A stretch of 64,000 nt of DNA from Alphaproteobacteria bacterium (lineage in GTDB: Bacteria > Pseudomonadota > Alphaproteobacteria > SHVV01). The notes under the pieces are model-generated. The model searched no databases. It saw nothing but the letters and a program-made list of their open reading frames with translations, and was not told the origin of the DNA. The stretch spans positions 2,112,001 to 2,176,000 of the forward strand of contig OZ253470.1 in assembly GCA_965261735.1 (NCBI GenBank), given 5' to 3'. Below are positions 41,275 to 50,737 of this stretch, in pieces (the first letter of the stretch is position 1; each line of letters begins with the position of its first letter). The position numbers were made by a program, and so were the translations under genes.

Positions 41275-41550
41275 CCCGAGTCCTGCCCGGCCCACCAACC
41301 CTCGACGGAAGAGGGCACCGGATCCCGGCCTGCCGCCAGAGCGGCTGCCAGGGCTGCGGGGCCGAAGCTGATCAGGTCGCGGAAGAAGCGCGACAGGCTG
41401 TGGACGATGATGAGGTCGACCGGGCGGTCGGAGCGATGCGCATCTTCGATCATGCGCTGGAACACCGGGCGCCGATCATCTGTGGCGCTCGCGCCTGGTT
41501 CGATGTAGGTCGCGGCGACCTGCCAGCCCTTGGTGGCGCAGAGGGCTCGT
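41275..41550 (-). pseudogene. Large serine recombinase remnant (catalytic-domain piece fused to probable extreme C-terminus)
   Basis: LCATKGWQVAATYIEPGASATDDRRPVFQRMI...IIVHSLSRFFRD followed directly by ALAAALAAG...VPSSVEGWWAGQDS. Confidence 0.75.
41277..41297 (+). other. tRNA 3'-end fragment (att-site-like)
   Basis: CGAGTCCTGCCCGGCCCACCA reads as T-loop 3' half, T-stem, acceptor strand and CCA, with no 5' half of a tRNA upstream. Confidence 0.65.
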
Positions 41551-41839
41551 GTTGGCGACGCCGGACGTTCGTGTATTTGGGACGGGCCAGATTGACCTTA
41601 AGGAGGAACAGATCCGACTTGAGTTTCGACCCGAAACGAAGAACCGTCAGCTCATAAAACTCGCGACACCGTTTGCAATGAGCAGGCCTCTGGTCTCGCC
41701 GAAGATCGAAATAAACCCCGTGGGTGCGGCCGCGACGAGCGTCGGTGTCGTGGCGGCCTCGCCTCTCAACGCCTTGGGCGCATTGGTTTCCAGGGTTATC
41801 GACGGTGGGGCCGATGCCGCGAACCCTTGCGCTCAGTAG
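41549..41839 (+). pseudogene. AsmA-family C-terminal fragment
   Basis: VFGTGQIDLKEEQIRLEFRP...LATPF...SPKI...NPCA resembles AsmA C-termini; no 5' part. Confidence 0.55.
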
Positions 41840-41922
41840 TAGCGAGCGTTCGAGGCGCATTGAGGTGGCCTCGGTTTGTCGGACAGCTTGGCGGCTTGAT
41901 TAAGGTGTATTCCAGTTGTCGT

Positions 41923-42858
41923 TCATGCCGCCAGAATCCCTTTGCATCGATCTCCTTGCCGTTGTTGTTGCGCCTGTGGGGATGTGGGCAAGGCGCGTAG
42001 CGGCTTGTCCATCATATCCACAGGCGGGGCGCCGCGGTAGGCCTCGGCCGGCGTTTCCCCCCCGAGCGCCGAGTGCGGCCTCTCGGTGTTGTAGAAGTCG
42101 ATCCACTCGCCGATGACGCGCCGGGCCTCGAAGCCGTCGGCGAGCTCGCGCAGATAGACGGCCTCGTATTTGAGCGAGCGCCACAGCCGCTCAATGAAGA
42201 TGTTGTCCAGGCACCGGCCCCTGCCGTCCATCGAGATCCGGATGCCGGTCTCCCGCAAGCGCCCGGTGAAGGCGAAGCCGGTGAACTGGCTGCCCTGGTC
42301 GGTATTGAAGATCTCCGGCGTGCCATGGCGGGCCAGCGCCTCGTCGAGCGCGTCTGTGCAGAAGCCCGCATCCAGGGTGTTCGACAGACGCCAAGCCAGC
42401 ACATGCCGGTTGGCCCAGTCCATGATCGCCACCAGGTAAAGAAAGCCGCGCCGCACCGGGATGTAGGTGATGTCGGCGCACCAGACATGGTTCGCCCGCT
42501 CGATCGTCAAGCCTCTGAGCAGATAGGGGTAGACCCGGTGCTCGGGATGCGGATCGCTGGTGCGCGGCGCCCGATAGATCGCCTGAAGCCCCATCAGGCG
42601 CATCAGACGACCGGCCCGGCGACGACCGACGCGCACGCCCTCGCGGCGTAGATGACGGACCATCTGACGGGCGCCGTAGAACGGATACTTCAGGAACAAC
42701 TCATCAATGCGCCGCATCAGCGCCAGGGTCTCCGGGCTCTCGCCCTTGGGCGTGTAATAGAGCGAGGAGCGTCCGATCGACAGCAAACGGCATTGACGGC
42801 TCAAGCTCAGCGCCGGGTGAGCGCGTATCACCATCGTTCGCCTCTCGGCCCGGCTCAT
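41923..42858 (-). CDS. IS3 transposase OrfB (DDE)
   Basis: WCADITY, FNTDQGSQF, DNIFIERLWRSLKYE, YNTERPHSAL. Confidence 0.93.
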   Translation of the reverse strand: MSRAERRTMVIRAHPALSLSRQCRLLSIGRSSLYYTPKGESPETLALMRRIDELFLKYPFYGARQMVRHLRREGVRVGRRRAGRLMRLMGLQAIYRAPRTSDPHPEHRVYPYLLRGLTIERANHVWCADITYIPVRRGFLYLVAIMDWANRHVLAWRLSNTLDAGFCTDALDEALARHGTPEIFNTDQGSQFTGFAFTGRLRETGIRISMDGRGRCLDNIFIERLWRSLKYEAVYLRELADGFEARRVIGEWIDFYNTERPHSALGGETPAEAYRGAPPVDMMDKPLRALPTSPQAQQQRQGDRCKGILAA

Positions 42859-43136
42859 CGACCGGACCCTCGAGACAAAAAATCCCGCTCCACCGTCAAC
42901 TCGCCGATCTTCGCGTGAAGATCACGGATCTCGCTCTCATGGTCCCGACGGCGGCGCTCGCCCCCGTTCGAAAACACTTCGCCAAGACCATCGATCGCCT
43001 GCCGCTTCCATGTGCTCACTTGGTTCGGATGAACCTGGTGCTGCGAGGCGATCTCCTGAAGCGTCCGGTCGCCACGAAGCGCCTCAAGCGCGATCTTCGC
43101 CTTCAGCTCCCCGGAAAACCTGCGTCTCTTACTCAT
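42855..43136 (-). CDS. IS3 transposase OrfA (HTH); T6 slippery run near its end
   Basis: RRRFSGELKAKIALEAL, VHPNQVSTWK, LHAKIGELTVERDFL; GATTTTTTGTC on the minus strand near 42877. Confidence 0.92.
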   Translation of the reverse strand: MSKRRRFSGELKAKIALEALRGDRTLQEIASQHQVHPNQVSTWKRQAIDGLGEVFSNGGERRRRDHESEIRDLHAKIGELTVERDFLSRGSGR

Positions 43137-43227
43137 CGCGTATCCCTCCTCAGTCGGCGGAATACACCTTAAAAACCTGTCCGATTTTCCGGGGCCACCT
43201 CACATCCCGCGTAGGACCGGGAACGCG

Positions 43228-44677
43228 GGTCGTGTCCCAGGACGTGGTGTAGGAGTTGTTGGAGCCTCTGTTAGCTGTGGGTAGGCGGCTTGCCGTAGCG
43301 ACCGCCGAGAGTCTGGCGTAGGCAAGCCGGCTATCCACAGCGGAGGCCATCGCGGTTCCGGTTTAGGGTTGGGCTAGTGCAAACCAACCTGACCCGAAGG
43401 AGAACCACGATGACCCAGGACATGATGACCCTGCGCGCGCTTTTGGAGAAGAACTCCGATGCCGATCTGCTTTGCGAGATGATCGGCTTCACGGCCGAGC
43501 GGCTGATGGCACTGGAGGTTGAGGGCCTGACCGGCCGCCGGGCACGGCGAGCGCTCGGCGGATCGTATCACCCATCGCAACGGCTACCGCGACCGGTCCT
43601 GGGAGACGCGGGCCGGCACGGTCGAGCTGAAGATCCCGAAGCTGAGGAAGGGAAGCTACTTCCCGGGCTTCCTGGAGCCGCGGCGGATGGCCGAGAAGGC
43701 GCTGGCTGCGGTGATCCAGGAGGCCTACATCCAGGGGGTGTCGACCCGCTCGGTCGACGATCTGGTTCAGGCGATGGGGATGTCGGGCGCCTCCAAGAGC
43801 CAGGTCTCCAGGCTGTGCGGCGAGATCGACGATAAGGTCAACGGCTTCCTCGATCGACCGCTGGAGGGCGACTGGCCCTATCTGTGGCTCGACGCCACCT
43901 ACGTGAAGGTGCGCCAGACCGGACGCATCGTCTCGGTCGCGGTGACCGTGGCTGTGGCCGTCAACGACCAAGGCCGCCGCGAGGTCCTGGGCGTGGCGAT
44001 CGGCGCGTCAGAGGCCGAGACCTTCTGGACCGAGTTCCTGCGCTCGCTGGCCCGGCGCGGGCTGCGCGGCGTGAAGCTCGTGATCTCCGACGACCACAAG
44101 GGCCTGAAGGCCGCCGCGACCCGGATCCTCGGCGCCACATGGCAGCGCTGCCGCGTGCACTTCGCCCGCAACCTGCTGGCCCATGCCGGCCGCCAGGGCC
44201 GGCGCGTCGTCTCCGCCTTCGTCGCCACCGCCTTCGCCCAGGAGGACGCCGACAGCGCGAAGGTCCAGTGGCGCCAGGTCGCCGACCAGCTCAGGCCCAA
44301 GGTGCCCAAGCTGGCAGTTCTCATGGACGAAGCCGAGCACGACGTCCTCGCCTACATGAGCTTCCCCAGGGAGCACCGCCAGAAATTGCACTCCACAAAC
44401 CCGATCGAACGGCTCCATGCCGAGGTCAAGCGTCGCACCAACGTCGTCGGTATCTTTCCCAACGAAGCCGCCATCACACGGCTCGTCGGCGCCATCCTTC
44501 TCGAGCAGAACGACGAGTGGGCCGTCTCAAGGAGATACATGACGCTGGAATCCATCGCTCCGCTGAGCGATGGTGTCCCCATCACGCTGCCCACCGTGGC
44601 AGCCTGAACGTCCCGGCCCTACCCGCCGGGAGCCGCGTAGAGCGCAACGCTCTTACACCACTCCGCGGGACACGATC
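43228..44677 (+). mobile_element. IS256-family element; transposase 43410-44607 with +1 frameshift near 43536
   Basis: TIRs GGTCGTGTCCC...TGGTGTA / TACACCA...GGGACACGATC; [44 protein letters not shown]; no matching target duplication. Confidence 0.92.
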
Positions 44678-44837
44678 GCGCCAGACAGCTGTCGATCGGC
44701 TGGGGATCTTCGGGTTGGTACCAGCTTTCCGTTGCTGTCCTCGTCCAGACGTACTTGTAGAGCCGGTGGCGGTATTCCTCTGGAAACGGCTTGGCGAGCA
44801 GCGCGTCGATCTCGTCGAGGCTTTCGATCCCGATCTC

Positions 44838-45829
44838 CGGCGCCCTCGTCGAGCCTCACCTTGAGCGCCTCGACGATCTCGCGCGTGACCTCGTCCTGGA
44901 CCGCGAAGATGTCCTCGAGGTCGCGGTCGTAGCGGTCGGCCCAGAGGTGACCGCCGGTCGAGGCGTCGATAAGCTGCGCGGTGATGCGCACCCGGTTGGC
45001 GGCCTTGCGCACGCTGCCCTCGAGCACGTAGCGCACGCCGAGCTCGCGCCCCGCGTCGTGGACGTTGACGGACTTGCCCTTGTAGGCGAACGCGGAGTTG
45101 CGGGCGATGACGAACAGGGCCGAGAGCTTCGACAGGGCCGTGATGATGTCCTCGGTGATGCCGTCGCTGAAGTACTCCTGCTCGGGATCGGTGCTCATGT
45201 TGTCGAACGGCAGCACCGCGATCGAGGGCTTGTCGGGGAGCGCCGGCTCCGCCGCGGCCGCGCTCTCGCTGGCGCCCGCGACGGGCGCCGCCGCCGCAGC
45301 ACCCGCAACGCCCGCTCCGCGCAGACGCAGGCGGAAGGTGTGCACCGGCTTGGCGATGTTCTTGAGCTCCTTGCGGCCGAGATCGTCGCCGGCCGCGAAT
45401 CTGGTCGCGCACGGGGCGCGAGACGTAGATGCCGCCGGGCTCGGCCAGCCCCTGCAGGCGCGCCGCCACGTTGACCCCATCGCCGAAGATGTCGTCGCCG
45501 CCGACCATGACGTCGCCGAGGTTGATGCCGATGCGGAACTCCATGCGGCGGCCCTCGGGCAGCGGGGCGTTGCGCGCGCCAAGTTCCTGCTGCACCTCGA
45601 TCGCGCAGCGCACCGATTCGATGGCGCTCGTGAACTCGGCGAGGACGCTGTCGCCGGCCGAGCTGACGACGCGCCCGTGGTGCGAGGCGACGAGGCCATC
45701 GAGGACCTCGCGATAGGCGTTGAGCGTTCTTAGGCTCGCCTCCTCGTCGGCGCCCATAAGGCGGCTGTAGCCGACCACGTCGGCGGAGAAGACCGTCGTG
45801 AGTCGGCGCTCGACCTCGTCCTGTGTCAC
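44838..45829 (-). pseudogene. Class III adenylate/guanylate cyclase plus TolB-like domain protein, frameshifted and 3'-truncated
   Basis: ERRLTTVFSADVVGYSRLM, FRIGINLGDV, GDGVNVAARL; frameshift near 45392; KPSIAVLPFDNMS, YVLEGSVRK, WADRYDR. Confidence 0.88.
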
Positions 45830-46105
45830 CTTTCAAAGCTCCGCGGGCATGCCCGCCGCGAGTCAAGGTCACGCCCCTGCGCGAGTCCAACGGCGTGCCG
45901 GCCGCGAGAGCGGGGCGCCCGAAAAAGAAGGGAGCCCGCGCGGCGGGCTCCAAGTCATGGAGGAGGATATACCGAGAGAGGGTATGGGCGCCATCCTAGC
46001 ACCAGTGCCGGGGCCCACCTATGACTGCCGTCACACCCGTGCGCATTTTCGCAGGCCCGTGATAGCATCCGGCCCGGCACGAAGCGGGGGCAAAGGGCGA
46101 GCGAG

Positions 46106-46789
46106 ATGATCGATCACTACACGGCGTCGACGCCGAACGGGCAGAAGGTCCAGATCATGCTCGATGAGGCCGGGCTCGAGCATGAGCTGCGCTGGGTCCG
46201 CATCGGCAAGGGCGAGCAGTTCGAGCCCGCGTTCCTCAAGATCAGCCCCAACAACAAGATCCCGGCCATCGTCGACCGCGACGCGCCCGGCGGGCCGCTA
46301 TCGGTGTTCGAATCGGGGGCGATTCTGATCTACCTCGCCGAGAAGACCGGCCGCTTCCTGCCGACCGAGCCGCGCGCACGCACCGAGGTCCTGCAGTGGC
46401 TGATGTTCCAGATGGGCAGTGTCGGCCCGATGCTCGGCCAGGCGCACCACTTCCGCGCCTATGCGCGCGAGAAGATTCCCTACGCCATCGAGCGCTACAC
46501 CAACGAGGCGGCGCGCATCTACGGCGTGCTCGACAAGCGCTTTGGGGAGAGCGAGTTCCTCGCCGCCGAGTACTCGATCGCCGACATGGCGGTGTTTCCC
46601 TGGATCCGGCTGCACGGGCGCCAGGGCCAGAAGCTCGAGGACTTTCCCAACCTCGTACGCTGGTTCGAGAGAATCGGCGCGCGCCCGGCCGTTACCAGCG
46701 GCATGGACGTGTTCGAGGACAAGATGCCTCCGCTCGACGACAAGACCTGGAGCATCCTGTGGGGCACCGAGCAGTTCCGCAAGCGCTGA
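46106..46789 (+). CDS. Glutathione S-transferase family (YfcG-like disulfide oxidoreductase)
   Basis: TPNGQK, ISPNNKIPAIVD, FESGAILIYLAEK, GPMLGQAHHF. Confidence 0.92.
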   Translation: MIDHYTASTPNGQKVQIMLDEAGLEHELRWVRIGKGEQFEPAFLKISPNNKIPAIVDRDAPGGPLSVFESGAILIYLAEKTGRFLPTEPRARTEVLQWLMFQMGSVGPMLGQAHHFRAYAREKIPYAIERYTNEAARIYGVLDKRFGESEFLAAEYSIADMAVFPWIRLHGRQGQKLEDFPNLVRWFERIGARPAVTSGMDVFEDKMPPLDDKTWSILWGTEQFRKR

Positions 46790-46800
46790 CGGACCGTTTC

Positions 46801-47796
46801 TTGGCTCACGCTCAACCCGATAGCGCCGGCGCACCCGGCGCACCCGGCGCCTCGCCATCGATCGTCATCGAGGCCGAGGCGGTCTCCAAGCGCTTCGGTG
46901 AGCGCGTCGCCGTCGATGAGCTCGACCTCGCCGTGCCGCACGGCGGCTGCTTTGGCCTGCTCGGTCCCAATGGCGCCGGCAAGACGACGACGCTGCGCAT
47001 GATCTACGGCGTCACCAGACCGACGGCCGGGGCGGTGCGCGTTTTCGGGATCGACGTGGCAAAAGATCCGCGCGCGGTGCGCCGCCGCCTCGGCGTGACC
47101 CTGCAGGAGAACGTCCTGATCGATAGCCTATCGACGCGCGACAATTTGCGGATCTTCGGGCGCTACTACCTGCTCGGCGAGGCTCAGCTGACGCGGTGCA
47201 TCAAGGAGCTGCTCGATTTTCTCGAGCTTCGCTCGCATGCCGACGCACTGGCCCGAACCCTGTCCGGCGGCTTCAAGCGCCGCCTTTCGGTCGCCATGTC
47301 GCTGATCAACGAGCCCGAGGTTCTGGTCCTCGACGAGCCGACCACGGGCCTCGACCCGGCCGTACGCCACGTCTTGTGGTCGCGGATCCGCGACCTGCGC
47401 GCGCGCGGCACAACGGTGTTGCTCACCACCCATTACATGGATGAGGCCGAGCGGCTGTGCGACCGGGTGCTCATCATCGATCACGGCAAGGCGGTAAGCG
47501 CGGGCGCGCCACACCAGCTTATCCAACAGCATCTCGCGCGCGAGGCGGTGGAAGTCGACTGCACCGAGGGTGAGGAAGAGGCCCTGTTCGACGGCGCCGT
47601 CGACGGTGGCGGCACCCGGCTCAAACGACTGCGCGCCGGCAATCGGCTGATGCTGTTCACCGACGATTCGACGGCGCTCGTGGAGCGCATCCACCACACC
47701 GACGGCGGCGCCCGGCGCCCGTTCGTCGTTCGCCCGGCCAATCTCGAGGACGTTTTCCTGTCGATCACCGGCACGGCGTTGCGCGAGGGCGCGTGA
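46801..47796 (+). CDS. ABC-2 exporter ATP-binding protein (NodI-like)
   Basis: GLLGPNGAGKTT, LSGGFKRRL, LDEPTTGLDP, LTTHYMDEAE, RPANLEDVFL; TTG start uncertain. Confidence 0.88.
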   Translation: MAHAQPDSAGAPGAPGASPSIVIEAEAVSKRFGERVAVDELDLAVPHGGCFGLLGPNGAGKTTTLRMIYGVTRPTAGAVRVFGIDVAKDPRAVRRRLGVTLQENVLIDSLSTRDNLRIFGRYYLLGEAQLTRCIKELLDFLELRSHADALARTLSGGFKRRLSVAMSLINEPEVLVLDEPTTGLDPAVRHVLWSRIRDLRARGTTVLLTTHYMDEAERLCDRVLIIDHGKAVSAGAPHQLIQQHLAREAVEVDCTEGEEEALFDGAVDGGGTRLKRLRAGNRLMLFTDDSTALVERIHHTDGGARRPFVVRPANLEDVFLSITGTALREGA

Positions 47797-48563
47797 TGGT
47801 TCCATCGGTCGCATACGCGCTTTCGGTGTGGCGCCGCAATGCAGCGCTCTATCAGCGCAGCTGGAAAACGACGCTGCTGCCCAACTTTTTCGAGCCCGTG
47901 TTCTTCCTCACGGCGATCGGCATTGGCGTCGGCGCCTACATTCGCGAGATGGCAGGCGTTCCCTACATCGAGTTCCTGGCGCCCGGCCTGATGTGCGTCT
48001 CGGCCATGAACGGCGCGAGCTTCGAGGTCACGTTCAACGTCTTCATCCGCATGGTGTACGAGAAGACCTACGACGGGGTTCTGACGACCCCGGTCAACAC
48101 CGACGACATCCTGATCGGCGAGGTGCTGTGGGCGCTGACGCGCTCGGGCCTGTACGGCGGTGGCTTCTTTGTCGTCGCCACGCTGTTTGGCCTCGTCACC
48201 CTTCCGCAGGGGCTGCTGGCGGTTCTCGTGATCCCCCTGGCCGGCCTGTTGTTTTCCGCGATCGGCATCGTCTTTACGCTGAAGATGAAGACGGTCGATC
48301 TGTTCAGCTTCTACTTCACGCTGTTCCTGACGCCGATGTTCCTGTTCTCGGGCGTGTTCTTTCCGCTCGCGGAGCGCTTCCCCGGCTGGCTCCTGCCCGT
48401 CGCCGAGGCGCTACCGCTGCTCCACCCGGTGCGCCTGTCGCACATGGCCTTCAGCGGCCAGTGGTCGTGGATCGCGCTGTGGGACGTGGGCTACGTCGTG
48501 GTGATTTCGGGCGCGCTGTTGATGTGGGCCAAGCAGAGCATCCGCAAGCGGTTGATGAGCTAG
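47793..48563 (+). CDS. ABC-2 exporter permease (NodJ-like)
   Basis: VWRRN, FEPVFFL, FLAPGL, TPMFLFSGVFFP; six hydrophobic segments. Confidence 0.9.
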   Translation: MMVPSVAYALSVWRRNAALYQRSWKTTLLPNFFEPVFFLTAIGIGVGAYIREMAGVPYIEFLAPGLMCVSAMNGASFEVTFNVFIRMVYEKTYDGVLTTPVNTDDILIGEVLWALTRSGLYGGGFFVVATLFGLVTLPQGLLAVLVIPLAGLLFSAIGIVFTLKMKTVDLFSFYFTLFLTPMFLFSGVFFPLAERFPGWLLPVAEALPLLHPVRLSHMAFSGQWSWIALWDVGYVVVISGALLMWAKQSIRKRLMS

Positions 48564-48639
48564 CCCGCATCGACAGGCCGGCGCCTTTACGGCACACTGA
48601 GCGCTTGGTGTGTCCATCGCCAGAGCTACGGAGGGTTCC

Positions 48640-49023
48640 ATGGCAGCAGCGAAAGATGAGCGGCCGGCGCTCGCCATCGGCCATGTGAGTTTGCCGGTGA
48701 GCGACGTGCCTGCCGCCACCGATTTCTTCGTCAAACAGGGCATGCGCTCGATCCACCCGGACGAGCATTTCGCCGTCCTCGAGCTCCGGGGCGGCACCCA
48801 TCTCGTACTGCGCGAAACCGCGGAGCCGGCGGCGGCCGGCACCAAGGCGCCGTTCGACCTGATGGTGGACGACGTGAAAGCGGCCCGCGCCACCTGTGTG
48901 ACGCATGGTATGAGCGTGTCCGAGATCGAGACCGGGCGCATCCATTCCTGGTTCACGCTGGGCGGGCCCGACGGCTACGAGATCACCGTCACCTCGTCGC
49001 ACGTCTCCAACCAACCGGTGTAG
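48640..49023 (+). CDS. VOC/glyoxalase family protein
   Basis: IGHVSLPVSDV, ELRGGTHLVL, FDLMVDD, PDGYEITV. Confidence 0.8.
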   Translation: MAAAKDERPALAIGHVSLPVSDVPAATDFFVKQGMRSIHPDEHFAVLELRGGTHLVLRETAEPAAAGTKAPFDLMVDDVKAARATCVTHGMSVSEIETGRIHSWFTLGGPDGYEITVTSSHVSNQPV

Positions 49024-49040
49024 CGCGAGCCGATAACCTC

Positions 49041-50549
49041 ATGGTCGACGCCCGCCAGGTCCTTGCGGCCGTCGGGCTCGACGCGGCGGCGCTCGATGCG
49101 GGCGCGCTTGTCGTTCGCTCACCCATCGACGGTTCTTTGATCGCGAGGCTCGCGCCCGATGCGCCGGAGCAGGTCGGCGCAAAGATCGTGCGCGCGCAAG
49201 AGGCCTTTCTCGCCTGGCGCGGGGTGCCCGCACCGAGGCGCGGCGAGCTCATCCGCCTGTTCGCCGAGGAGCTGCGCGCGGCCAAGGACGATCTCGGTGC
49301 GCTGGTCACCCTCGAGGGTGGCAAGATCGGCGAGGAGGGCCGCGGCGAAGTTCAGGAGATGATCGACATCTGCGACTTCGCCGTCGGCCTGTCGCGCCAG
49401 CTCTACGGCCTGACCATCGCGTCCGAGCGCCCGCATCACCGCATGATGGAGACCTGGCATCCGCTCGGCGTGGTCGGCGTCATATCGGCGTTCAACTTCC
49501 CCGTCGCGGTATGGTCGTGGAACTTCGCGCTCGCCATCGTGTGCGGCGATTCGGTGGTGTGGAAGCCCTCGGAGAAGATCCCGCTGACCGCGCTCGCGTG
49601 CCGCGAGATCTTCGCGCGCGCGTTGACTCGTTTCGGTGATGCGCGGAATGGGCTGCTCGAAATCGCGATCGGCGATGCGGGCGTCGGCGAGGGCCTCGTC
49701 GACGATGCGCGCGTCGCCCTCGTCAGCGCCACGGGGAGCACGCGCATGGGCCGGGCCGTCGGGGCGCGGGTGGCGGCGCGCCTGGGGCGCTCGCTGCTCG
49801 AGCTCGGCGGCAACAACGCCATGATCGTCGCCCCCTCGGCCGACCTCGACCTCGCGGTCCGCGCCATCCTGTTCAGCGCCGTCGGCACCGCCGGCCAGCG
49901 CTGCACGACGCTGCGGCGCCTCATCGTCCACAACAGCATCGCCGATGCCCTGCTCGCCCGCCTCAAGCGCGCCTACGCCGGCATCGCTATCGGCGATCCG
50001 CGCGCGCCGGCGACGCTCGTCGGCCCCCTGATCGATGGGCTGGCGTTCGAGGCCATGGAGGAGGCGCTAGCGCGCGTTACGGACGAGGGCGGCGCGGTGT
50101 TCGGCGGCGGGCGCGTTCTCGCCAACGAGTTCCCCGACGCCTGGTACGCCGCGCCCGCGATCGTCGAGATGCCGGCACAGACGGACACGGTACGCGCCGA
50201 GACCTTCGCGCCCATTCTCTACGCGATGAGGTATGGCTCGCTCGATGATGCGATCGCGATGCACAACGACGTCCCCCAAGGGCTCGCCTCGTGCATCTTC
50301 ACCACCGACGTGCGCGAGGCCGAGACGTTCCTCTCGGCCGCGGGCAGCGACTGCGGCATCGCCAACGTCAATATCGGCCCTTCCGGCGCCGAGATCGGCG
50401 GCGCCTTCGGCGGCGAGAAAGAAACCGGCGGCGGCCGCGAATCAGGCTCGGACGCCTGGAAGGCCTACATGCGCCGCGCCACCAACACCATCAACTACGG
50501 CCACGACCTCCCGCTCGCCCAAGGCATCACGTTCGGGGCGGAGGAGTAG
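49041..50549 (+). CDS. ALDH7-type aldehyde dehydrogenase (piperideine-6-carboxylate dehydrogenase-like)
   Basis: GEVQEMIDICDFAVGLSRQLYG, ISAFNFP, LELGGNN, AGQRCTT, GAEIGGAFGGEKETGGGRESGSD. Confidence 0.93.
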   Translation: MVDARQVLAAVGLDAAALDAGALVVRSPIDGSLIARLAPDAPEQVGAKIVRAQEAFLAWRGVPAPRRGELIRLFAEELRAAKDDLGALVTLEGGKIGEEGRGEVQEMIDICDFAVGLSRQLYGLTIASERPHHRMMETWHPLGVVGVISAFNFPVAVWSWNFALAIVCGDSVVWKPSEKIPLTALACREIFARALTRFGDARNGLLEIAIGDAGVGEGLVDDARVALVSATGSTRMGRAVGARVAARLGRSLLELGGNNAMIVAPSADLDLAVRAILFSAVGTAGQRCTTLRRLIVHNSIADALLARLKRAYAGIAIGDPRAPATLVGPLIDGLAFEAMEEALARVTDEGGAVFGGGRVLANEFPDAWYAAPAIVEMPAQTDTVRAETFAPILYAMRYGSLDDAIAMHNDVPQGLASCIFTTDVREAETFLSAAGSDCGIANVNIGPSGAEIGGAFGGEKETGGGRESGSDAWKAYMRRATNTINYGHDLPLAQGITFGAEE

Positions 50550-50606
50550 TGGCCCGGTCGAACCCTCTGAGATGTGCTTGGCTTCGAAGGGATACTCGGG
50601 CCGCCA

Positions 50607-50633
50607 GAGTCTCCTTTGACCGCAAACGGACGT
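50607..50633 (+). repeat. 27-bp imperfect palindromic site 1
   Basis: GAGTCTCCTTTGACCGCAAACGGACGT; aligns without gaps to sites at 52003, 52882 and 55624. Confidence 0.6.
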
Positions 50634-50737
50634 TGGCGGGCCAGCGAAAAGGCAGGCTGTTTCCGCGCCCTCGCCCTGGATGTTTTGCGACCGAAGTTGC
50701 GGTGTCCTTGATTTGGCCAAGAGTGGGATGGGATCGC

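Larger units (their letters stand above)
41861..43202 (-). mobile_element. IS3-family element, 3-bp target duplication CAT
   Basis: TGAGGTGGCC...GGCCACCTCA ends (TG..CA), subterminal TAAGGTGTATTCC inverted pair, CAT on both flanks. Confidence 0.94.

Noticed and set aside
41221-41297. Complete tRNA gene
   Set aside because: Only the last 21 nt are tRNA-like; upstream there is no D-arm, anticodon arm or 5' acceptor strand.
44678-44837. Short open stretch EIGIESLDEIDALLAKPFPEEYRHRLY... between IS256 and the cyclase pseudogene
   Set aside because: Probably a gene fragment, but too short to assign to a family by eye.
46801-48563. NodI/NodJ-like exporter as evidence of nodulation
   Set aside because: No nodABC or nod box is present; such ABC-2 pairs are widespread outside rhizobia.
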